IMG/VR virus record: IMGVR_UViG_3300045988_141537
Span: 1 to 18,951 of that record
Source: a virus
Strand: one strand, 5' to 3'
Length of the DNA: 18,951 nt
Shown here: positions 1 through 6,518 of the stretch, piece after piece
How the letters are laid out: each line of letters starts with the position of its first letter
Position numbering within the stretch: the first letter of the stretch is position 1
Made by a program: the position numbers and the translations under genes
Notes under the pieces: generated by a model
Seen by the model: only the letters and a program-made list of their open reading frames with translations
The model's database searches: none
What the model was told of the DNA's origin: nothing

Positions 1-235
1 TGTAGTAAACAATATCCCACTTATTTCCCCCAAATAATACTACCCACAGTATGACCCCACCAAAACACAACCAACATTCAACAACCCACATAAGCCCACC
101 ACAAACTAACCACAAAATACTACACCCCAAAATAATAACCAACTTTTTAGCCCAAAATACTAGACAGCACTTTCCACACCTGCTATAGTGGTCACTGTCA
201 GCAAGGCAAGGCACCCGGCGCTGGGCTTGGGTGCG
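1..235. repeat. Left inverted terminal repeat (ITR-L, 235 bp); presumed origin of a protein-primed linear genome
   Basis: Direct reading: 1-235 is the exact reverse complement of 18717-18951. Identity ends at 236 (g) versus the complement of 18716 (c). The outer ~180 nt are A/C-rich and almost G-free on the top strand; the inner 190-235 are GC-rich. Confidence 0.95.
161..189 (+). promoter_or_regulatory. Sigma70-type early promoter inside ITR-L, reading inward
   Basis: TAGACA (161-166), a 17-nt spacer, then an extended -10 TGcTATAGT (181-189). Predicted start is near 196; the first CDS begins at 260. Confidence 0.6.
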
Positions 236-259
236 GTGTTTGGAAAAGGAGAAGGAATT

Positions 260-700
260 ATGGAATTTAAGGAAACAACCGTTAAAAGCTCGTTATATCC
301 GTTTGTGCTACATGTGATAGGGTGCGAGGATGACATCGAATGCTTCAAGTCTATCATCGATGACAGCTCCGACATGGCTGGGTACTGCATATCGTTTAGC
401 GGTAACCGTGATTTTGATAACATGGACCCCACAGAATACAAACTAGAAGGTAAGACCATCTTCGAATGGAGAAAAGAGAACAGAGAGTTATCCGCCAGGG
501 TTCGGGAGCTTGAGAGCAGTTACGATCGTTTGGTTGACGATAACCATGCACTTGCAGTCAATCTGTCCAGGGCCTTGCTTGCAAAACCTGATTATGGCGA
601 GATGCACACCTTTATTGCCGACTTGGAGAAGTGCATTATTGATATTTCCGAAGCTGTTAATGGAGCGATTGAGGTGGTGAACGGATATGAAACAAAATAA
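260..700 (+). CDS. Early protein, acidic with a helical C-terminal half, unknown function (146 aa)
   Basis: Uses track frame 188..700, with the start moved to ATG 260, which follows GGAGAAGG (248-255). The upstream part of the ORF lies in the ITR. Hand count gives about 30 D/E against 16 K/R. No family recognised. Confidence 0.7.
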   Translation: MEFKETTVKSSLYPFVLHVIGCEDDIECFKSIIDDSSDMAGYCISFSGNRDFDNMDPTEYKLEGKTIFEWRKENRELSARVRELESSYDRLVDDNHALAVNLSRALLAKPDYGEMHTFIADLEKCIIDISEAVNGAIEVVNGYETK

Positions 701-860
701 CACCCAATACGAAATCGGTTACCAAAACGGCTACGACGACGGCTACTGCCGGGGCTTCTCCGCAGGCTATAGAAAAGGTACTGATAAGGCAGAGGAGATA
801 AGCAGGCCAAAATTCCAAGACTACGATAGGCGTTACGAGTACCCAAGATGGAGGGGATAG
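687..860 (+). CDS. Small Tyr/Gly-rich early protein (57 aa), below the ORF-track cutoff
   Basis: ATG 687 follows GAGGTGG. Hand translation: MKQNNTQYEIGYQNGYDDGYCRGFSAGYRKGTDKAEEISRPKFQDYDRRYEYPRWRG, with TAG at 858-860. It exactly fills the gap between the neighbouring genes (next ATG at 862). Confidence 0.55.
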   Translation: MKQNNTQYEIGYQNGYDDGYCRGFSAGYRKGTDKAEEISRPKFQDYDRRYEYPRWRG

Positions 861-861
861 C

Positions 862-1071
862 ATGCAAACGTTCGATAAGGATAGCTCGACAGCGTACGTT
901 CGATACATCGAGGAGAACTGTCCGCATGTGGACGTTTTCCGAAAGCAAATCGGCAACAGCGGCGTGTACGTTCTGGTAGCCGACGGCAACAGTTTGTTCG
1001 ACACTTCCGAGCTTCACGCCTTCGTGGCGGGTTATCAGAAGGGATATATGAAAGGGAAGGCTTATCGATGA
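862..1071 (+). CDS. Early protein, unknown function (69 aa)
   Basis: ATG preceded by GGAGGGG. The C-terminus AGYQKGYMKGKAY echoes the GYxxGY motif of the preceding ORF. The stop overlaps the next start (ATGA at 1068-1071). Confidence 0.65.
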   Translation: MQTFDKDSSTAYVRYIEENCPHVDVFRKQIGNSGVYVLVADGNSLFDTSELHAFVAGYQKGYMKGKAYR

Positions 1072-1310
1072 AGACTGTAGAGGTATGCTTGAAGGAATGG
1101 GTTGTTATTTGCGGTCAGTTGGCGGCCATGGAAGATTTCATTGAATCTGTCAAGGAACTTCAGGCAAATAAGGATATGGATGACTGGGATAAAGGCAAGG
1201 AGATTGGACGTATGCTTAGAACGTTTGATGCCACTAAATCTAGTTTAGGTGAGTTGATTGCGAGGTCTTTAGGTGAAGCTGAAGAAACTGATTCCCCTGC
1301 TCAAAGATGA
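1068..1310 (+). CDS. Early protein, unknown function (80 aa)
   Basis: ATGA overlap with the upstream gene indicates translational coupling. Helical, acidic C-terminal tail. Confidence 0.65.
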   Translation: MKTVEVCLKEWVVICGQLAAMEDFIESVKELQANKDMDDWDKGKEIGRMLRTFDATKSSLGELIARSLGEAEETDSPAQR

Positions 1311-1464
1311 TTTCCTCGTTTGCGATTTAGACGAGGGTCTTACTTGGACAGTTGATAGCCACTTTGCAACCGAGGATAATGCGGCGGTTTCAAAGCAGCT
1401 TGAAAAGAAAATTATCTCGGTTTCCTCTTTCTATGACCAGGTTTTGGTCAGAGTTAAGTTATAA
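1273..1464 (+). CDS. Early protein, unknown function (63 aa), GTG start
   Basis: The only canonical start in this frame is GTG 1273, directly after an in-frame TAG, with GAGG 7 nt upstream. It overlaps the upstream gene by 38 nt, so the start and the reality of the gene are uncertain. Confidence 0.4.
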   Translation: MKLKKLIPLLKDDFLVCDLDEGLTWTVDSHFATEDNAAVSKQLEKKIISVSSFYDQVLVRVKL

Positions 1465-1465
1465 T
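1460..1465 (+). promoter_or_regulatory. Possible internal -10 box ahead of the replication genes
   Basis: Perfect TATAAT at 1460-1465, 31 nt upstream of ATG 1497. There is no convincing -35: TTGGTC at 1444-1449 is only 10 nt away. Confidence 0.25.
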
Positions 1466-1496
1466 GCCAAAGTGACGTTTGAAAGGAGGTGATTAA

Positions 1497-1724
1497 ATGA
1501 TTCGCCGTAAAATGACTACCACTATTTGCGATGTGGTAACGCCTGATGGGGAGATGCTCGGCGAGGCGTCCTATTACGGCAAAATCAGCCCTGCAAGGCT
1601 CGCCAAGGTGGCGCGCCGTCTGTACAAGAACCAGCTTGCCACGATCACGAACTATCGAACCGTGCAGGAAACTTACGAGATGGAAGAGGAAGCTTTCATC
1701 GCAAACGCAACCAAAGTAGACTAA
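1497..1724 (+). CDS. Putative p6-like histone-like dsDNA-binding protein (75 aa)
   Basis: Strong RBS AAAGGAGGTG. As I recall phi29 p6, YGKISPARLAKVARRLYKNQ...TYEMEEEAFIANATKV parallels VGNLTMEQAQWRMKRKYKGE...VYELPVEKFLEVATVR. It sits directly upstream of the SSB-like gene, as gene 6 precedes gene 5 in phi29. Confidence 0.45.
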   Translation: MIRRKMTTTICDVVTPDGEMLGEASYYGKISPARLAKVARRLYKNQLATITNYRTVQETYEMEEEAFIANATKVD

Positions 1725-1739
1725 GAGAAGGAGCAAACA

Positions 1740-2213
1740 ATGACCGCAGAGTTCTATGAAGAGGAAAAGGCACTCGCTACCCAGCAGGCTGCAGCCCAGC
1801 TTGCCAACGGAAACGGCTTCGCGCAGAAGATCGTGCAGGAAGTGAACGAGCAGGGCTTCTACACAACGCTCGATATCTCCACCATGGCGGGTAAGAAGGC
1901 GCTTTACAGCGCGACAAACGCGAGCGTGCTTCTCCGAGATTTCATGGAGACGCCGCTTTCGGTCGTGAACATCACGTTCGCGCCGTCCGAAATCAGCGAC
2001 GAGGACGGAAACCCGCTCACCACGCTCGGAGTCTTCCTCACCGACGTGAACGGTACCACCTACAGCTCCACCTCCACGGGCGTTCTCAAGTCGGCTATGT
2101 GCATCATCGCCAACTTCGGCGAGCCTGCCGAGTGGGGAGAGCCGCTCACCGTCGTGTGCAAGGAGACCAACACCAGCAAGGGACGCCGTTATAAGTTCCT
2201 CGATGTGGAGTAG
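1740..2213 (+). CDS. Putative p5-like single-stranded DNA-binding protein (157 aa)
   Basis: RBS GAGAAGGAG. LTDVNGTTYSSTSTGV...TVVCKETNTSKGRRYKF parallels phi29 p5 FAADGSLYSAISKTV...KVKVVQGTSSKGNVFF (from memory). Located between the p6-like gene and the terminal protein gene. Confidence 0.55.
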   Translation: MTAEFYEEEKALATQQAAAQLANGNGFAQKIVQEVNEQGFYTTLDISTMAGKKALYSATNASVLLRDFMETPLSVVNITFAPSEISDEDGNPLTTLGVFLTDVNGTTYSSTSTGVLKSAMCIIANFGEPAEWGEPLTVVCKETNTSKGRRYKFLDVE

Positions 2214-2224
2214 CGCGAACTTGC

Positions 2225-2327
2225 GTGATATTCTGGGAGCGTGCGCTTAGGCCGCGCTCCCTCGAAGGGCGTGCCTTAGGGTGCGCCCTTCGTATCACAG
2301 CATAAACAAAGCCCGCTTGCGCGGGCT
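2225..2327 (+). other. Structured intergenic element: three-way junction with two UUAG-capped hairpins, plus a third hairpin
   Basis: Outer helix GTGATA (2225-2230) / TATCAC (2293-2298). Hairpin 1 at 2235-2261 and hairpin 2 at 2263-2292 are each closed by C-TTAG-G (loops 2247-2250 and 2276-2279). Hairpin 3 is AGCCCGC-TTGC-GCGGGCT (2310-2327). No U-tract follows on the + strand. Confidence 0.5.
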
Positions 2328-2346
2328 GGAAAAAGGAGCAGGCATC

Positions 2347-3561
2347 ATGGCGAGGAATAGAACGGAACTCGATAAGAAGATATCCCGCGCTCAGAAGAAT
2401 GCCCGAAACAAACTATACCGCATCCGTCAAAAGGGCGCAATCAACAGCGAGGAGTTCGACCCGCGTGTCTCCCAGGCAGAGCTTAAGCACATGAACGGCT
2501 CGCAGAAGAAGGCCTACCTCAGGAAGCTCGAACTGTTCAACGGACGTGCGAACAAGGTTATCGTGCAGCCTGGCAACGGGATAGCGATTCCCGAGACAAA
2601 GCTCAAGGCGTACCGGCAGGCGGAGCTTGAGCTTAACGCCGCGCGCATCCTCCGCAGGGCTGGAATCGAGGAGGCGGTTAAGTCGGCGGCGGTGCGCGAC
2701 ATCTCCAAGATTAAGGAGACGGTGAACAAGGAGATTTCAAGGCGCGAGCGTGCGGAGAAGCTGGGCAAGCCGTACAAGCCGCTCAAGAAGTCGGTAGAGT
2801 CTATGCGAGGCATTCCCGTCAACTGGAACAAGCTTGACATCGACTACCTTGCAAAAGCGCAGAGCTACTACGACCCCGTGTTCAAGCAGTGGAAGCCAGG
2901 CGAGCGGAACAAGTTCCAAGACCTCGTGCCCATATGGATGCGCGAGTCCTTTCCCTCCGTCAAGTCGGTAGAGGAGCAGACCAGGAAGGCGAAGGAGGCA
3001 AAGGAGCGAATCAAGGTAGCCAGGAAGCGCTACCCGCAATACCGCGAGGCTCTCATCGAGAAGGCCATGTTCTCCGGCTATCCCGAGCTTGCCGAGGCGA
3101 TACGCGCGCTCACCTACGCGCAGCTCGACTATCTGCACTACTACACCGACTTCGATGCTTGGGGTTCCTTCTTCTCATCTCAGAATGGCTATATCGCTGG
3201 AAAGCAGGCGCTGTTCGAGGAGCAGCGCGACCAGACGGACGAGGCGGCGGCGCAGATGATGGCGGAGATTCTGCGTGCGAGGCGCATAAGGCCCGGGCAG
3301 TCTGGAATATCGAACATCACTTACAACAAGGAATGGCGCGGCGAGAAGGGCTTCGCGAAGGCTGGCGGAAAGCTGGGGAGCAAGGGATTGGACCCCGAGA
3401 TCATCGAGACGATGAGCAGGGCGTCCATATCAGGCTCGCGCCTCGGGTTCAGGGCGTCCATCTTCGATTACAAGGAAAGCAAGGCGGAATCGGCCGACAG
3501 CGAGCGCATGCTGCATGAGCTTTCCTACGAGATCGCGCGCCAGATAAGGCACGGGAAATGA
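2347..3561 (+). CDS. Terminal protein (replication primer), 404 aa
   Basis: Start moved from track GTG 2281 (inside hairpin 2) to ATG 2347, with AAAGGAG 8 nt upstream. Basic and helical. The N-terminus MARNR..KNARNKLYRIRQKG..LFNGRANK resembles phi29 TP MARSPR..KNTKAKIARTKKKYG..SFTNRANM (from memory). The stop overlaps the polymerase start (ATGA at 3558-3561). Confidence 0.7.
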   Translation: MARNRTELDKKISRAQKNARNKLYRIRQKGAINSEEFDPRVSQAELKHMNGSQKKAYLRKLELFNGRANKVIVQPGNGIAIPETKLKAYRQAELELNAARILRRAGIEEAVKSAAVRDISKIKETVNKEISRRERAEKLGKPYKPLKKSVESMRGIPVNWNKLDIDYLAKAQSYYDPVFKQWKPGERNKFQDLVPIWMRESFPSVKSVEEQTRKAKEAKERIKVARKRYPQYREALIEKAMFSGYPELAEAIRALTYAQLDYLHYYTDFDAWGSFFSSQNGYIAGKQALFEEQRDQTDEAAAQMMAEILRARRIRPGQSGISNITYNKEWRGEKGFAKAGGKLGSKGLDPEIIETMSRASISGSRLGFRASIFDYKESKAESADSERMLHELSYEIARQIRHGK

Positions 3562-5249
3562 TAGAGTACGCGAGCGACTTCGAGACCACGACGCAGGCCG
3601 ATGACTGCCGCGTTTGGGCCTGGGGGTGCGCCAACGTGTGCGATGAGCCAGAACCGACGTTCGAGAGCGGTACCGACATCGAGTCGTGGCTTGCGCACGT
3701 CAAGTCGAACCCAGGCCGCTATTGGTTCCATAACCTGGGATTCGACTCCCGCTTCGTCATGTGGTACCTGCTCGACTCTGGGTGCGAATGGGTGGAGAAG
3801 AAGCCCGTGGAAGGGCAGTTCTCCACCGTCATCGACAACATGGGCAAGATTTACTCGCTCGAGATAGGCAACGAGGGCGGGAAGCTTGTTCTGGCGGACA
3901 GCTTCAAGAAGATTCCGATGAGCCTCGCGAGCGTCGCCCAGGCGTACGACCTGCCCATGGCGAAGGGCGATCTGGACTACGAGGCATATCGAGAGGTCGG
4001 GCACGAGCTGACGGACGATGAGATGGACTACCTATCCCGCGACGTGCTGATACTCGCAAGGGCGATGCACAAGCGCCTCGAAGTCGGAACCAAGCTCACC
4101 ACGGGTGCCGACTGCCTCGAGACCTACAAGGACATCATAGGCAAGGACTTGTGGAACAAGTGGTTCCCGCACCTCAACCCGATACTCGACGCCGAGATTC
4201 GCCAAGCGTACCGAGGCGGCTACGTGTACTGCAACCCGCTTCACCAGGGCAAGGTCGTTGGCAAGGGGATAGCGTTGGACGTCAACTCGCTTTACTCGTG
4301 GGTCATGCGAACGGCGCTGCTACCCTGGGGCATGCCGAAGCGAGGGCGCGGCAAGCCGAAGGAGAGCAAGGACTACCCGCTTTGGGTCGCGGAGGTGCAG
4401 TTCGACGCCGTTCTGAAACCTGGAAAGCTGCCGTGCATACAGATGAAGAACAACATGTTCTACCGCGACCGCGAATACACACGCGAGACGGTAGAGCCAA
4501 TCGACCTCTGGGTGTCGTCGGTAGACTGGAAGCTGATATGCGACATGTACGAGGTAACCGTGTACGCGTGGGGAGCGCACTACCTGTTCCACGGTGCCGA
4601 GGGGATGTACAACGATTACGTCGATTACTGGACTGCCGAGAAGATAGCGGCGGGCAAGGAGGGCAACCTAGCGAGGCGGCAGAACGCCAAGCTGTGCCTC
4701 AACAACCTGTACGGAAAGTTCGGCCAGAAGGTGGAGGTGCAGGGCAAGGTTCCAGTGCTCGACGCCGACAAGGTTCTCCACCTGCTGCCAGGCGACAAGG
4801 GAGAGCGCGAGCCCGTGTACATCCCAAGCGCGGTGTTCATCACCGCATGGGCGAGGAACAAGACGATACGCACCGCTTGCGAGTTCGGAGACAGGTACCT
4901 TTACAGCGACACCGATTCCATCAAGGCGCTCGGCACCGACATACCAGACGATGTGCACGTTGACGATTACGAGCTTGGCGCGTGGGCGTTGGAGCAGACG
5001 TTCGACAAGGCCATCTTCCTGCGGGCGAAGACCTATGCTACGTACTCAGACGGGCTTTGCGAGTACATATGCGCTGGAATGCCGAACAGCCTCAAGGAGG
5101 TCATGCGCTTCGAGGACTTCAGGGTGGGCTTCACCACGCTCGGAAGCGACAACCCCGATTACGCGAACACGGACAACTGGAAGCTCGTGCCGCACAACGT
5201 GCCGGGCGGTTGCGTTCTTGTGCCAAGGCCGTTTACAATACACGGGTAG
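3558..5249 (+). CDS. Protein-primed family-B DNA polymerase (phi29 p2-like), 563 aa
   Basis: Motifs read directly: ExoI DFETTT, ExoII FHNLGFDSRF, ExoIII YLSRDVLIL, motif A DVNSLYS, motif B KLCLNNLYGKFG, motif C YSDTDS, KTY, and C-terminal VPGGCVLV..FTI. Together these are diagnostic of phi29-type polymerases. Confidence 0.96.
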   Translation: MIEYASDFETTTQADDCRVWAWGCANVCDEPEPTFESGTDIESWLAHVKSNPGRYWFHNLGFDSRFVMWYLLDSGCEWVEKKPVEGQFSTVIDNMGKIYSLEIGNEGGKLVLADSFKKIPMSLASVAQAYDLPMAKGDLDYEAYREVGHELTDDEMDYLSRDVLILARAMHKRLEVGTKLTTGADCLETYKDIIGKDLWNKWFPHLNPILDAEIRQAYRGGYVYCNPLHQGKVVGKGIALDVNSLYSWVMRTALLPWGMPKRGRGKPKESKDYPLWVAEVQFDAVLKPGKLPCIQMKNNMFYRDREYTRETVEPIDLWVSSVDWKLICDMYEVTVYAWGAHYLFHGAEGMYNDYVDYWTAEKIAAGKEGNLARRQNAKLCLNNLYGKFGQKVEVQGKVPVLDADKVLHLLPGDKGEREPVYIPSAVFITAWARNKTIRTACEFGDRYLYSDTDSIKALGTDIPDDVHVDDYELGAWALEQTFDKAIFLRAKTYATYSDGLCEYICAGMPNSLKEVMRFEDFRVGFTTLGSDNPDYANTDNWKLVPHNVPGGCVLVPRPFTIHG

Positions 5250-5266
5250 CGAAGGGAGGTGATTCA

Positions 5267-5644
5267 ATGGCAGTTGTTCAAGGTTTTGACTGGTACGCGG
5301 TCATCGCGGCGCTTATCTTCATCCTGTTCGACTTCGCTACGGGTATTTGCAAGGCCGCTTACTACAAGCAGGTATCATCGACCATCATGCGCGAGGGACT
5401 CTACCACAAGTTCGCGGAGATTCTCGTCATCGTGCTGGCAGGCGCAATCGACGTCGCATGCGACCACCTGGAACTTGGGTTCGACACGCCGATTCTAGCG
5501 GTGACATGCGCCTACATCGTTCTCATGGAGATCGCGAGCATCCTCGAGAACATCGGCGAGATGAACCCCGACCTGGAAAACAGCCCAGTTTTCTCTATTT
5601 TCAAGAAGGAAGGCAAAACCAATGGCAAGCATTCGGGGAATTGA
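5267..5644 (+). CDS. Holin, three predicted TM segments (toxin-secretion/phage-lysis holin type), 125 aa
   Basis: ATG 5267 follows GAAGGGAGGTG. The track ORF 4982..5644 is an upstream extension inside the polymerase gene. There are three hydrophobic stretches and a YIVLMEIASILENIGE signature. It lies immediately upstream of, and overlaps, the endolysin gene. Confidence 0.85.
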   Translation: MAVVQGFDWYAVIAALIFILFDFATGICKAAYYKQVSSTIMREGLYHKFAEILVIVLAGAIDVACDHLELGFDTPILAVTCAYIVLMEIASILENIGEMNPDLENSPVFSIFKKEGKTNGKHSGN

Positions 5645-6518
5645 CGTTAGCTCGAACCAGCCTGCGGACATCTGCTCGCTGGTGGACTACGATTTCGCGA
5701 TCGTGAAGGCTACGGGAAACCCGCCCGGCTACTCGTGGAACTACAAGAACCCGTACATGGAGCAGCAGGTGGACGACGCGCTCGGAAAGACTGGGTGCGC
5801 GGGGCTTTACCACTTCACGTTCGGGCGCGCCGCCAAGGAGGAGGCGGACTTCTTCTGCGACACGGTGGGCGATTACGTTGGGCGCGTCATGCTGGTCATC
5901 GACTACGAGGGGCAGGCTATCGACAACGGGCGCGAATGGCTCCGCACGTTCGCGCAGCGCATCAAGTACCGCACGGGCGTCAACCCCGTCGTGTACGCGT
6001 CAAGCTCGGTCATACGAGACCAGGATTTGGAGTCTTTGGCCGAAGAGGAGGATTTGTCGCTTTGGAGTGCGAACTACTGGCGCGGCTACGATACCGTGTA
6101 CGGCTACGACACGAGCGGGATGAAACAGGATATCCCGTCGAGCGCGCTCTGGCAGTTCACCAGCCAGGGAGTGCTCGACGGCTACGACGGGTACCTTGAT
6201 TTGGACTTGTTCTACGGTGATTACGACACGTGGCAGAAATACTGCGCGCCGAGCCAAGCGCCCGCAGAACCTGCTGAACCAAGCGACCCGGAAGGAGGAA
6301 ACATGCTGACGGAACACCAAGACAGGCTTCTTGCCGTTATCTACGAACAGCAGGTCGGCACATATGACCCGACGGGGCGCGGCATCGAGCTTAACGACCA
6401 TGACCACATCAAGTGGATTGGCAAGGCGGTTTCAGACAACGGAGCCGCGATCGAGGACTTGAAGGCGCGAATGGACTCAATCTCCGACAAGCTTGACGAG
6501 CTGCTAGCCAAGCGCTAG
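5622..6518 (+). CDS. Endolysin: N-terminal GH25 muramidase, Pro/Ala/Glu linker and an unrecognised ~70-aa C-terminal domain (298 aa)
   Basis: GH25 hallmarks are GIDVSSNQ, DFAIVKATG, GLYHF, LWSANY and LWQFTS..LDLDLF. The linker is APSQAPAEPAEPSDPEGG. The C-terminal part contains no choline-binding, LysM or SH3-like repeats that I can recognise. Confidence 0.9.
   Translation: MASIRGIDVSSNQPADICSLVDYDFAIVKATGNPPGYSWNYKNPYMEQQVDDALGKTGCAGLYHFTFGRAAKEEADFFCDTVGDYVGRVMLVIDYEGQAIDNGREWLRTFAQRIKYRTGVNPVVYASSSVIRDQDLESLAEEEDLSLWSANYWRGYDTVYGYDTSGMKQDIPSSALWQFTSQGVLDGYDGYLDLDLFYGDYDTWQKYCAPSQAPAEPAEPSDPEGGNMLTEHQDRLLAVIYEQQVGTYDPTGRGIELNDHDHIKWIGKAVSDNGAAIEDLKARMDSISDKLDELLAKR

Noticed and set aside
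188-259. Upstream extension of the first ORF into the ITR (track start 188)
   Set aside because: It would start at a GTG overlapping the predicted -10 box, upstream of the predicted transcription start (about 196). ATG 260 has a proper RBS.
2281-2346. GTG 2281 as the terminal protein start
   Set aside because: It lies inside hairpin 2 of the structured element and has no RBS. ATG 2347 has AAAGGAG at the right spacing, and an N-terminus starting MAR matches phi29 TP.
2889-4963. Alternative-frame plus-strand ORFs inside the TP and polymerase genes (2889..3518, 3601..3867, 3761..4021, 4151..4963)
   Set aside because: Their Arg/Gly/Ala/Pro-rich translations are typical of off-frame reading of GC-rich genes. 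They have no RBS, and the overlapping frames carry unmistakable TP and polymerase motifs.
4982-5266. Upstream part of track ORF 4982..5644 as a long holin
   Set aside because: The region overlaps the polymerase 3' end in another frame and gives an Arg-rich translation. The hydrophobic holin sequence starts at ATG 5267, right after a strong RBS.
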